In this document: piece by piece, positions 1-9,234 of the stretch | Position numbering within the stretch: the first letter of the stretch is position 1 | How the letters are laid out: each line of letters begins with the position of its first letter | Assembly (NCBI GenBank): GCA_049968515.1 | Contig: JBMFQR010000003.1 | Span: 6,477 to 70,476 of the forward strand | Direction: 5' to 3' | DNA length: 64,000 bases | Origin: Brevinematia bacterium | Lineage (GTDB): Bacteria; Spirochaetota; Brevinematia; Brevinematales; JAOACQ01 | Notes under the pieces: generated by a model | Databases searched by the model: none | What the model saw: the letters and a program-made list of their open reading frames with translations, nothing else | What the model was told of the DNA's origin: nothing | Program-made: the position numbers and the translations under genes

Positions 1-1
1 A

Positions 2-1075
2 GAGGACTTTGTTACCGGGAGCAATGCTGCTGCTAAAGGTGGAATTACAACTGCCATTGCAATGCCAAACACATCGCCTCCCATTGACAATCCGGCAATA
101 CTAAGAGAGATTTGCAAGAGGGCTAAAAAAGAAGGGGAAATAGAAATATTCCTTTCCTCAGCAATCACAAAGAATAGAGAGGGAAAAGAACTTGTCTCAA
201 TAAGGAACAACAAAAAAGCTGGTGCTATCTTCTTTACAGATGATGGAAGTGATATAAATGACTTGAGTCTTATTTTTGAGATGTTGAAAGAAGCAAAAAG
301 AGAAAGGGTATTAATTTTTGTTCATCCTGAGTGGCATTCTCTAACAAGGGGAAAATTTTTCAGCTATGGAAGGCTAAATGAGCATTTTAAAATGGAAGGG
401 CAACTTGATGATGCAGAAAGTCTATCAATCATTATTGAAGGACTTGTGGCTGGTTTTTTAAAATCGAGAATTCATTTTACTCATATTTCTACAGAGAAAT
501 CCATAAAAGCTTTAAATTTTTTGAAATCAAAATTCCCCAATCTTATAACGTGTGATACAACCCCACATCATCTAATTCTCAATGATATGGACTTGATTCA
601 GCCCTCAATTGATACAAACAAAAAGATTAATCCTCCACTGAGAAGTGAAAAAGACAGACTGTCTCTTGAGAAAGGAATTATAGAGGGGGTTATAGATTGT
701 ATTGCTACTGATCACGCTCCCCATTCTGAAAAGGAAAAAAATCAAAAAATAGAAAAAGCACCATATGGGACAATCGGATTTGAGACTTTTTTGCCTGTGA
801 CTTTCACTTACCTTGTTAAACAAAAAAATTTTTCTATACTTGACTGGATAAAGCTTGTAAGTTATAATCCTTCTCTGATTGCCAAAATAAAAAAAAGAGG
901 GAGTATAAAAGTTGGAAATGTAGGAAATATTACTATCTTTAATCCTGACGAAGAAATAAAAGTAGAAAGGAAGTTTTTTCTTTCAAAATCAAAAAATAGT
1001 GCTTTTATTGGAAAAAGCTTTTATGGCAGGGTATACTTTACTATCTGCCAGGGTAAAATAGTATTTAAATCTTAA
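2..1075 (+). CDS. pyrC: Dihydroorotase (amidohydrolase superfamily); 5' end lies outside the window
   Basis: The frame of ORF 62..1075 stays open back to nt 2 (..GGITTAIAMPNTSPPIDN). FFTDDG, VHPE and ATDHAPH motifs are typical of class I dihydroorotases. Confidence 0.8.
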   Translation, partial: EDFVTGSNAAAKGGITTAIAMPNTSPPIDNPAILREICKRAKKEGEIEIFLSSAITKNREGKELVSIRNNKKAGAIFFTDDGSDINDLSLIFEMLKEAKRERVLIFVHPEWHSLTRGKFFSYGRLNEHFKMEGQLDDAESLSIIIEGLVAGFLKSRIHFTHISTEKSIKALNFLKSKFPNLITCDTTPHHLILNDMDLIQPSIDTNKKINPPLRSEKDRLSLEKGIIEGVIDCIATDHAPHSEKEKNQKIEKAPYGTIGFETFLPVTFTYLVKQKNFSILDWIKLVSYNPSLIAKIKKRGSIKVGNVGNITIFNPDEEIKVERKFFLSKSKNSAFIGKSFYGRVYFTICQGKIVFKS

Positions 1076-1092
1076 ACTGGGTATAAATTATT

Positions 1093-3606
1093 ATGACAGT
1101 AAGTAAAAACATAGCTGTTGTCGCACCGGATATAAGACATCCTTATACATATAAAATGTGGGTCAATCTTTTAAAGTTTTCTGAAAATTATAATTTCAAC
1201 CTTTACTTCTTCGTAGGCAACCAGTTAAACGATATTGACATAGAGAAAAGAGGCTGGAATTTTATATATGATTTAATAACTCCAGAAAAGTTTGATGGGC
1301 TTATTGTATTTGCTGGCTCGCTGTTCCACTATGTTGGTGTTGAAGAAGCTGTCAACTATTATAAAAAGCTAAAAAAAATCCCGATTGTTAATATTTCTCT
1401 CGATATTGGAAATTTCCCAGTGGTACTCACGGATAATAAGTCTGGTATTAAAGAGGTGATAAAGCACTTTGTCTCTGTCCATAATAGAAAAAAGATTCTC
1501 TTTATTACAGGACCGAAACAACATCCTGAAGCTATTGATAGATTTGAAGCCTATAAGGAAGGGCTTAAAGAGAATGGCCTTGAATTTAATCCAGAATTTG
1601 TACTTGAAGGAGATTTCCATCCAGAAAAAGCTCTGAATTCAATAAAAAAGTTCATCACAAAAAAGATTGATTTTGACGCGATAGTGGCATCAAATGATCT
1701 TTCAGCACTAACTGTAATGGACTTTCTCCAGAAAAATGGATACAGAGTACCTGAAGATTTCATAATAGCTGGTTATGATGACAGCTATGAGGCACAGTTT
1801 TCCATCCCATCTTTATCATCTGTTCATCAACCACTTGAAAAGATGGTTAAAAAGGCACTTGAAATGCTTTCAATGCTTCTGGAAAACAAAAAATTCGAAA
1901 GATCTTTCACTTTCAATACCTATTTTGTCCCAAGGGAATCCTGTGGATGTATAAGCGAGCAAACAAGCTATTTTGTTTTCAAGCAGATGTTTAAGGGTGG
2001 AGCCTATTTATCTTCTATAGAGTTTTATAATTCTGAATGTGAACAGATTATTAACCTTATTCACAAGGCGATGAAAGGTCTTGGCTTTAAAGATGATGTA
2101 GAACTCGAAAGGATTGTTTCTCTTATTGAAGACATCTTTTTTCTTATTGATGGCTTTTCAAGCTCAAGAATTAAGGGATTTATAAAAACTCTCTCTGAAT
2201 TTTTAATCAAAGCCAGCTACAATGAAGTCGAATTAAAATTTTTACACAAGTTGTTTGGGGAGTTAAGGCATCTTATCATTTCAAGAGTGATAATGAATGA
2301 AGAACTTCTGGGAAATCTTGACAGAATTTTCAAAGAGGTAAATGATGTCATTTTTGCTTATACAATAAACTATTTTAAGAAATCCGAGCTCGAAAACAAA
2401 AATTTCTCAGAAAAACTGGACTATTTAATTCAGAAGATTCTTAGCAGCCACAATAATACAGAGCTTAAGGATTCTTTTAAAGGCTTACTACCAGAGCTAA
2501 ATGATGGCTTATTTATCTTTAACCTCTTTGAAAACCTTGATGAGGAAAAAAAGCAGGACATATCAATATCGAGGGTGGTTTCGATAATAAAAGATTCTGA
2601 AGGTGTTGATTTTGAGGAAAAAGATGCCCTCTTTGATTCTGTAAAATTGTTTCCAGACTTTCTGGAAACTAAAAACCATAAAAACTTTCTTGTCTTGCCA
2701 CTTGTCGTAAGAAACAGTAAGTTTGGTTTTTTAGTGATTGAAATTAAGAACATTGATCCACTCTTTTACCTCTCTCTCCGCCAGCAGCTGAGCATTTCCA
2801 TTTCAAACAATCTGCTTTTATACGAAGTCATAAGAAAGAATTTCAGTTATCAGAAGGAACTTGAAATGGCAAGAAAGGTTCAGCTACAATTGCTTCCCTC
2901 TTCGGTTCCAAATCAAAAAATATCATTTTTTTATCAACCCATTGCAAATGTTGGTGGGGATTTCTTCTACTTTATTGACAATCCAGAAAAGAAAGAGATA
3001 ACTTTCTTTATATTTGATGTTGCAGGTCACGGAATGGCAGCAGCCATAATAACCTCTATGATTAAAAGTTTTATTCTTCAATATAAAAGGGAAAATCTAA
3101 GCGATCCAGCCCAGTTTTTATCATATCTCAATAACAGTCTCGCCGAGGAGGAATTTGACCAGTACGTAACCGCATTTCTTTCCACATTTAATTTTGAAAC
3201 ACTTGAATTTACATATTGCAGTGCAGCACATCCAATGCCTTTCGTTATCAATAACAGTAAGGTTACTCAAATTGAAAACAAAAATGTAAGATCACTTGCT
3301 CTCGGCATATACTGTGGCAATGAAAATATTTGTTACTACAACAATTATACTATAAGAATTGAACCAGACACAAGAATCATCTTTTATACTGATGGTCTGC
3401 TTGACTGGATTCACAATAACAACTATGACAAATCAAATGAAGAGATGAACAAAGAAAGGGAAAAGTTTTTCAAATTTTTGCTTTCCACCAAAAAAATGGC
3501 ACCAAAATTGTTTATCAAAGAACTGGAGAACAAGATAAATTCAGATGTAAAAAGGGAAAAATCCAGACATCAGGATGATATATGTGTGGTATGTTTTGAT
3601 GTGTAA
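1093..3606 (+). CDS. Cytoplasmic sensor phosphatase: LacI/RbsB-type sugar-binding (PBP type 1) domain without HTH, then a helical/GAF-like linker, then a PP2C/SpoIIE phosphatase domain
   Basis: 837-aa ORF. N-terminal ILFITGP, IVASNDLSALTVMDFLQKNGYRVPEDFIIAGYDD and LSSVHQP match the PBP1 fold. C-terminal GGDFFYF, FDVAGHGMAAA, YTDGLLD and DDICVV match PP2C metal-binding motifs. No signal peptide or TM segment. Confidence 0.8.
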   Translation: MTVSKNIAVVAPDIRHPYTYKMWVNLLKFSENYNFNLYFFVGNQLNDIDIEKRGWNFIYDLITPEKFDGLIVFAGSLFHYVGVEEAVNYYKKLKKIPIVNISLDIGNFPVVLTDNKSGIKEVIKHFVSVHNRKKILFITGPKQHPEAIDRFEAYKEGLKENGLEFNPEFVLEGDFHPEKALNSIKKFITKKIDFDAIVASNDLSALTVMDFLQKNGYRVPEDFIIAGYDDSYEAQFSIPSLSSVHQPLEKMVKKALEMLSMLLENKKFERSFTFNTYFVPRESCGCISEQTSYFVFKQMFKGGAYLSSIEFYNSECEQIINLIHKAMKGLGFKDDVELERIVSLIEDIFFLIDGFSSSRIKGFIKTLSEFLIKASYNEVELKFLHKLFGELRHLIISRVIMNEELLGNLDRIFKEVNDVIFAYTINYFKKSELENKNFSEKLDYLIQKILSSHNNTELKDSFKGLLPELNDGLFIFNLFENLDEEKKQDISISRVVSIIKDSEGVDFEEKDALFDSVKLFPDFLETKNHKNFLVLPLVVRNSKFGFLVIEIKNIDPLFYLSLRQQLSISISNNLLLYEVIRKNFSYQKELEMARKVQLQLLPSSVPNQKISFFYQPIANVGGDFFYFIDNPEKKEITFFIFDVAGHGMAAAIITSMIKSFILQYKRENLSDPAQFLSYLNNSLAEEEFDQYVTAFLSTFNFETLEFTYCSAAHPMPFVINNSKVTQIENKNVRSLALGIYCGNENICYYNNYTIRIEPDTRIIFYTDGLLDWIHNNNYDKSNEEMNKEREKFFKFLLSTKKMAPKLFIKELENKINSDVKREKSRHQDDICVVCFDV

Positions 3607-3622
3607 CTTTATGGAGGTAAAG

Positions 3623-4375
3623 ATGCAGATAAAAACAAAAAAAACCATCATCTACATTTTGATAATGGCTATCTTATTCCTTTCCGGTGCACTTCTTACA
3701 GGAGACTATCTCGCAATGAAATTTGATTTCACACAAAATATTTCTCCAATAGCCAAGATTACTATCTCTTTTCTTGCGATGCTTATTGCGTTACTGACAG
3801 GAAAGAATGGTATTTCAAGAAGCGATACTGTAATGCTTTATATCGCTTTTCCCCTCACGTTCATAGGGGATGTTTTTGTAACCACCTCCATTTACTGGAA
3901 TGATGCCTCTATTATCTTCAAGCTCGGTGGCATCTCATTTATCTTTTCTGTTTTGGTTTTTACAATAAGACACTCACGATATTTTTCTTTTCTTAAGAAG
4001 CCAACTTTTTTCAAAATTTTGCCAGCTATTGTGTTTTTTCTGATTCTTACATTTATGGTGGTATTTTTCTATAAACAGCTTCTCGAAAAGAAGCTGTTTA
4101 TACTGGCCATTGTTTATGGATCTTTAGTTGTTTTATTTATCTGGGCTGGCATTGCAGCAAAATTCTGTAAATTATTTCCAAAGACAAATGCAAATTTGAT
4201 ATTTTATGGAAGTATTTTCTTCTTTCTAATGGAATTAACAGGGCAGCTTTTCAATCTGAAAGTGCCTTTTTTTACCGCCGCTGGCTTTTTACTTTCCTGG
4301 ACATTTTATGTTCCAGCACTTATACTTATTGCTTTAAGTGGCTATAAATTTAATGACTCTGAAAGCGGCAAATAG
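3623..4375 (+). CDS. Multi-pass integral membrane protein (possibly YhhN/lysoplasmalogenase-like; function uncertain)
   Basis: ATG at 3623 lies 5 nt after GGAGG (3613..3617). The ORF-track start at 3575 overlaps the upstream gene and has no RBS. About 8 hydrophobic segments; the FIGDVFV motif is weakly YhhN-like. Confidence 0.6.
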   Translation: MQIKTKKTIIYILIMAILFLSGALLTGDYLAMKFDFTQNISPIAKITISFLAMLIALLTGKNGISRSDTVMLYIAFPLTFIGDVFVTTSIYWNDASIIFKLGGISFIFSVLVFTIRHSRYFSFLKKPTFFKILPAIVFFLILTFMVVFFYKQLLEKKLFILAIVYGSLVVLFIWAGIAAKFCKLFPKTNANLIFYGSIFFFLMELTGQLFNLKVPFFTAAGFLLSWTFYVPALILIALSGYKFNDSESGK

Positions 4376-5757
4376 ATAAAGAATGTGCTTCCAACACCAA
4401 CCTGGGATATTACATCAATATAGCCTTTGTGATTTCTCACTATAGAAAAGGATATGCTAAGGCCAAGTCCACTGCCATCTTTTTTTGTGGTAAAGTAAGG
4501 ATCGAATATTCTTGAGATTATAAAGGGGGGGATTCCTTTTCCTGTATCCTTGAAGTATGCACATATGTATTTTCCCTCAGATATGGGAAGGTAATTTTTC
4601 CCCTCCACCAACTCAATGAGCTTTAGTCCTACAGTAAGACTGCCACCATCCGGCATCGCCTGACAGGCATTTGTAACTATATTTTCAATAACCTGAATGA
4701 GCTGACCTTCATCAGCAAATACAACAAAATTTTCTTTTTCAAATTCAAAATTTAATTCAATTTTCAGGTTTTGAAATTTTCCCCTGATGACAAAGTTTGT
4801 TGTTTCTACAAGAAGCTGATTGAAGTTTATCTCTTTCTTGAGCATAGGAAGGCCTTTTGAAATTGTAAGAAGTTTTAGACTTAAATCCTTTGCCCTGTTA
4901 CATGCCTTTTCTGCCTCTTCAAGAAAATGGTAGTTGGAATCCTCTGGTTTTGTAAAGCATTTCGCAAGTGAGATATTTCCTATTAAAGCAACAAGCATAT
5001 TGTTTAAATCATGGCTTATCCCATCTGTGATTATTTTGAGAGAATCAAACTTACTCATCTTTGTAAGCTCTTCTGCCATTTTCTTTTGTATTTCCAGATC
5101 TTCAAAAACCAGAACGAAGCTTTCAACACCTAACTTTGCGATTTTTATGGGAAAGGAAGCTAATAAGAATGTTAATTCTTTATTTTTGACTTTTATCTCC
5201 ATCTTTCTTTTCAGCTCGGATTTTCTATCGATGCTTTCTTTTAATTCTTCTATAAAATCCTTTTCGACTCTATCCTTTAAAAAATCGCAAATAGAAGTTC
5301 TTTTTACCTTATCTTTCTCAATATTGAAATAAGTTACAAATGCATCGTTAACAAAATCTATATTTCCGTTTTTATCAAGCACTATAAGAATATTATGATT
5401 TTTTTCTGCAATCTCTTTAAAAATGTTCAACTCATAAATTAGAGCTTCCAACTTTGAAAAATCCATAATACTTGCATAAAAATAGCCTTCTCTTTTCACG
5501 AATTTAAAACAAAACATCTTCGATTCTATTCTCTGAAGCATTTCAAAAAACGAATCATTCTCAAGCCTTATAAGCCTGCTTTTAATATCATTCTTTATAT
5601 CATCAGGGAACAAATCATAAAAATCAGTTAGGAAAAAAGTGCTTTTGAAAAGATGATTGGAAAATAGAATTCTTCCTTCATTATCGAAAATGCAGATTGC
5701 TTCTCCCGGATTTCTTAAAATGGAATCAAAAATTAACTCCTTAATGTTCTCACTCAT
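4342..5757 (-). CDS. Cytoplasmic PAS-domain sensor histidine kinase (orphan, no response regulator nearby)
   Basis: 471-aa ORF with two PAS-like segments, an H-box GISHDLNNML, an N-box NIVTNACQAMPDGG, G1 DTGKGI and G2 GSGLGLSIS. Its 3' end overlaps the convergent membrane-protein gene by 34 nt. Confidence 0.85.
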   Translation of the reverse strand: MSENIKELIFDSILRNPGEAICIFDNEGRILFSNHLFKSTFFLTDFYDLFPDDIKNDIKSRLIRLENDSFFEMLQRIESKMFCFKFVKREGYFYASIMDFSKLEALIYELNIFKEIAEKNHNILIVLDKNGNIDFVNDAFVTYFNIEKDKVKRTSICDFLKDRVEKDFIEELKESIDRKSELKRKMEIKVKNKELTFLLASFPIKIAKLGVESFVLVFEDLEIQKKMAEELTKMSKFDSLKIITDGISHDLNNMLVALIGNISLAKCFTKPEDSNYHFLEEAEKACNRAKDLSLKLLTISKGLPMLKKEINFNQLLVETTNFVIRGKFQNLKIELNFEFEKENFVVFADEGQLIQVIENIVTNACQAMPDGGSLTVGLKLIELVEGKNYLPISEGKYICAYFKDTGKGIPPFIISRIFDPYFTTKKDGSGLGLSISFSIVRNHKGYIDVISQVGVGSTFFIYLPLSESLNL

Positions 5758-5773
5758 AAGACCTTCAAAAATA

Positions 5774-5802
5774 TTGAAAAATAAAAAAAAATAAAGTATA
5801 AT
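5774..5802 (+). promoter_or_regulatory. Sigma-70-type promoter for the tRNA-Val pair
   Basis: TTGAAA (5774..5779), a 17-nt spacer, then TATAAT (5797..5802), about 40 nt upstream of the first tRNA. Confidence 0.5.
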
Positions 5803-5842
5803 TAAAATAATCTATTGTCGGAGGCATTGGACTATATTTGAT

Positions 5843-5916
5843 GGTTGATTAGCTCAGATGGTTAGAGCGCTTGCCTCACATGCAAGAGGTCGCTGGTTCG
5901 ACTCCAGCATCAACCA
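5843..5916 (+). tRNA. tRNA-Val (anticodon CAC)
   Basis: Manual cloverleaf: acceptor GGTTGAT/ATCAACC, D arm GCTC..GAGC, anticodon arm CTTGC-CTCACAT-GCAAG, T arm GCTGG-TTCGACT-CCAGC. No encoded CCA. Confidence 0.9.
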
Positions 5917-5926
5917 TTTTAAGTCA

Positions 5927-6001
5927 GGGCGGTTAGCTCAGATGGTTTAGAGTACCTGCTCGACACGCAGGGGGTCACTGGTTCGATTCCAGTACCGCCC
6001 A
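5927..6001 (+). tRNA. tRNA-Val (anticodon GAC), with C rather than U at position 33
   Basis: Manual cloverleaf: acceptor GGGCGGT/ACCGCCC, anticodon arm CCTGC-TCGACAC-GCAGG, T arm ACTGG-TTCGATT-CCAGT. No encoded CCA. Confidence 0.8.
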
Positions 6002-6025
6002 TATTCTCTCTTAAAGTATCACCCT

Positions 6026-6838
6026 TCAAAATTCCTCACTTTTGTACAAAGAAGAAATCTTCTTTGCTTTTGAAAGATAGTACTCTGAAAGTTCTGTGTT
6101 GCCAAGTTTTTCGTACAATGTTCCTATTTTTTTAAGGTTGAGATATATACCACGTGTGTTCTCAACAAGTTTGTCATTTTCAAGTGATTTTTTATAATTC
6201 TCAATGGCTTTTTCATATGATTTCTTCTCCTCATAGACTCTGCCAATATTGTAATAACTATCAGCTGTCACAAGAAAATTCTTCTTGTTCTCACACAATT
6301 TGAGAGCTTTTAAAAAAAAGTCCAGTGCCTTTTCATAATTCATAATTTTAAGCATTAATTTTCCATAGTTGTTGTAATATCTCGCCCTTTCTTCGTCACT
6401 CTTTATGGATTTTTCAGCAACATTAAAAGCCTCTTTCGATTTCTCAAGATAAAAATTGCTCTGTGTCTTCTCATAAAGTTTCATCCAAAGTCTTGCAATA
6501 TTTAACATTGTATCAAATGAAAAGTTTCTTCCCTCCACTTTTTCAATATTGTATGCATTAAAAATATAGTTTGAAGCTGAGATAATATCACCGGAATTTA
6601 TATATATCTCTGCAACCAGGTTATTAATCTCCACAATTTGCTTGACTGAATCCACTTTGTATGCCATTTCCAGGGATTGGCTAAGATAATTCAGTGCAGT
6701 ATCAGTATCCCCCTTCATATAGGAGGAAATAGCAGATTTTTTATACTCTTCAACATTATTCTTTATATCGCTCTTAATTCCAGTCTCTTTTGCTCCACAG
6801 GAAGTAAGTATTATTAAAAATACAAAAAGAAACTTCAT
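6026..6838 (-). CDS. TPR-repeat lipoprotein, last gene of the sigma-mla operon
   Basis: 270 aa. Signal peptide with lipobox ILTSC. Repeated 34-aa TPR-like units (A..Y...A......G....A...). Start overlaps the MlaD stop by 4 nt. Confidence 0.75.
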   Translation of the reverse strand: MKFLFVFLIILTSCGAKETGIKSDIKNNVEEYKKSAISSYMKGDTDTALNYLSQSLEMAYKVDSVKQIVEINNLVAEIYINSGDIISASNYIFNAYNIEKVEGRNFSFDTMLNIARLWMKLYEKTQSNFYLEKSKEAFNVAEKSIKSDEERARYYNNYGKLMLKIMNYEKALDFFLKALKLCENKKNFLVTADSYYNIGRVYEEKKSYEKAIENYKKSLENDKLVENTRGIYLNLKKIGTLYEKLGNTELSEYYLSKAKKISSLYKSEEF

Positions 6839-7710
6839 CTTTCCTCCGGGATAAATTTATCTTGCTTTTCCTTTTCACCACCTAAAACATTTTTCACTCC
6901 GATAAGCACCTTTTTTAATTCTATGAGGTTCTGCTGAAGCAGGTCCATTGTCCTATCAACGTTAACAGGTGTATTTTGAAACTTTGACGATAAATCCTTG
7001 ATATTCTTAAGTGTAACATCAACCGACAATAATATATTTTCAACTTTCCCAAGCAATGCTTTTCTATCTTTAACTATACCTCCAATTGTGTTGTTTGTAG
7101 AATTAATTTCATAGGAGAGTTCTTTGAGATTTCGAACCATTATTTTCAGTTCTTCTGTGACATCCTTAACATTATACATTGTCTGATTTATTACAGGCTT
7201 TAAACTATCGATGTTATCAAGTATCTTCTTTGCTGTAGCAGTTAAATCATCTTTCTTTTGCATTGTTGCATCATATTTTTCAAGAATGGCAAGTCCCTCC
7301 TTGTCATCAGAAGATAATACTCTGCTTCCAGGCTCCAATATCTTGTAGCCTTTCTCAGGAGGATGAATGAGTACAAAGGTTGCCCCACCAAGAAGTGTTG
7401 GTTGAACTTTCATCACACTGTTTTCTCTTATGAGCTTTCTGTACTCCCTGAGTATTATAAAATCAACTCTGACAGTTTCATCATCCAGCAATCTTACTTC
7501 CTTTATTTTTCCAATATTTATTCCCTTATATTTTACCGCATTACCAGCTGCAAATCCATAACTATCATTCAGGATAGAATAGTAAGTGTCCTTAAATTTA
7601 AATATATAACTTCCTCTTCCAAGAAGGATTATAGTGACTATAAATAATATTAATCCGATTATTACAAAGGCTGCCACCATCTTTTGCATTGCTCTAAAAG
7701 TAAAGGGCAT
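6835..7710 (-). CDS. mlaD: MlaD/MCE-family substrate-binding protein
   Basis: 291 aa. N-terminal TM anchor followed by an MCE core (GNAVKYKGINIGKIKEVRLLDDETVRVDFII), then a long helical C-terminal region. Confidence 0.8.
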   Translation of the reverse strand: MPFTFRAMQKMVAAFVIIGLILFIVTIILLGRGSYIFKFKDTYYSILNDSYGFAAGNAVKYKGINIGKIKEVRLLDDETVRVDFIILREYRKLIRENSVMKVQPTLLGGATFVLIHPPEKGYKILEPGSRVLSSDDKEGLAILEKYDATMQKKDDLTATAKKILDNIDSLKPVINQTMYNVKDVTEELKIMVRNLKELSYEINSTNNTIGGIVKDRKALLGKVENILLSVDVTLKNIKDLSSKFQNTPVNVDRTMDLLQQNLIELKKVLIGVKNVLGGEKEKQDKFIPEER

Positions 7711-7725
7711 TTCCCCTCCTCTTTT

Positions 7726-8448
7726 TTAAATTCCTAAAAACTCTTTTACTTTTTCGTTTCCTGTATTTAAAATATCCTCTTTGCTACCCTTTTCTATTAT
7801 AACACCTTCATCCAAAATTGCAATCCTTTCCCCTATTTCAATAATAGTTTTTGAATCACTTGTAGCAAAAACCACAGTTTTATTTTTTTCCTTGAATTCA
7901 ATCATTACTTTTTTTAGCTTTCTTTGGGTATGAACATCAAGACTTGAAAATGGATTGTCAAGAAAGAGAAAATCCGGTTCATGACTTATAGCTCTCACAA
8001 TACTTACAATCATTTTTTCTCCACTTGACAGAGAAGCTGGTCTTAAGTTTATATCATTGTCAAAGCCAAAATAATCAAGATAAAATTGGATAATCTCTTT
8101 TACCTCTCTTTCTCTTAAACTAGTGTGATAGTCATAATAAAGGGAAAGATTTTCATATACTGAAAGATTGCTTATCAGAGCAGCATTTTGAAATACAAAA
8201 CCACAATTTTTATGAAAATCAAGTAGTTGTCTTTGTGAAAATTTGAAGATGTTTTTACCATTTACCTCAACCCTTCCACTTTGAGGAAAAACAAGCCCCA
8301 CAATTGCTTTTAGAAGCGTCGTTTTTCCACATCCTGCGGGTCCAAAGATACAATATAACTCTCCAGTGGAAATAAAATCTGAAATATCTCTCAGTACAAT
8401 ATAATCATCAAATTTAACAGTAAGATTCTTGATTTCAATTGATACCAT
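7726..8448 (-). CDS. mlaF: MlaF-like ABC transporter ATP-binding protein with degenerate catalytic motifs
   Basis: 240 aa. Walker A GPAGCGKTT and Q-loop FQN are present. The signature is LSSGE (not LSGGQ/M), Walker B is FLFLDN (Asn for the catalytic Glu) and the H-loop is ATSD (Ser for His). Confidence 0.85.
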   Translation of the reverse strand: MVSIEIKNLTVKFDDYIVLRDISDFISTGELYCIFGPAGCGKTTLLKAIVGLVFPQSGRVEVNGKNIFKFSQRQLLDFHKNCGFVFQNAALISNLSVYENLSLYYDYHTSLREREVKEIIQFYLDYFGFDNDINLRPASLSSGEKMIVSIVRAISHEPDFLFLDNPFSSLDVHTQRKLKKVMIEFKEKNKTVVFATSDSKTIIEIGERIAILDEGVIIEKGSKEDILNTGNEKVKEFLGI

Positions 8449-8457
8449 ATCTCTCTC

Positions 8458-9234
8458 TTACAAATAACTTACCAGAGTAATTACAAGGTCAAAACCAAAG
8501 AGGGCAAATATAGAACTTACGACTGCTTTTGTAGCTACCTGTGGAACCTGTGTAGATGTAACCGCCTGAAAGCCATAGTAGATAGATATAGCAGAAATAA
8601 ATATTCCAAAAAGCCCTCCTTTAAATAAGCTCATAAATATGTCAAAAAAGTTTATAGCATTAAGCACATATCTTGAAAACATCTCAAATGAGATATTGAA
8701 TAAAGCCCCAACAATCATTCCTCCAATAATACCAACTGCATTGAAGTATATAGTAAGAAGCAATATCGAGACAATCATCCCGGCAATTCTCGGAAAAACG
8801 ATATATCTTAATGTGTTAATACCGAGCATCTCAAGTGCATTGACCTCATCATTTACCATCATTGTACCAATTTCAACAGCAATGGCTGTACCAGAACGGC
8901 TTAAGACAATGAAGGAAGTAATAACCGGTCCAAGTTCTCGCACAATTACAATGTTGAGTAGCTTTCCTACCAAATCAAGGGCTCCAATCTGACTTAGCTG
9001 GGTGAAAAGCTGTAAGATAGTTATTGCTCCAAGTGAAAAAGAAACAATGGTGATGATTTTTAAGGCCATATTGCCAGTAAAGTAAATTTGTGATATTAAA
9101 ACTCTATTGATCCTCTTTTTCCCCGCGCTGCTTGAAAAATAAGCTATAAAGGAATAGAAGATTAAGGCAAGCACTCCACCATAATATTTTAGCTTTGTCT
9201 TAAACCACTTAGTAATTATTCCAAACACTTTCAT
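8458..9234 (-). CDS. mlaE: MlaE-type ABC transporter permease
   Basis: 258 aa, multi-TM. RELGPVITSFIVLSRSGTAIAVEIGTMMVNDEVNALEMLGIN matches the conserved MlaE/Ttg2B core. Confidence 0.85.
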   Translation of the reverse strand: MKVFGIITKWFKTKLKYYGGVLALIFYSFIAYFSSSAGKKRINRVLISQIYFTGNMALKIITIVSFSLGAITILQLFTQLSQIGALDLVGKLLNIVIVRELGPVITSFIVLSRSGTAIAVEIGTMMVNDEVNALEMLGINTLRYIVFPRIAGMIVSILLLTIYFNAVGIIGGMIVGALFNISFEMFSRYVLNAINFFDIFMSLFKGGLFGIFISAISIYYGFQAVTSTQVPQVATKAVVSSIFALFGFDLVITLVSYL

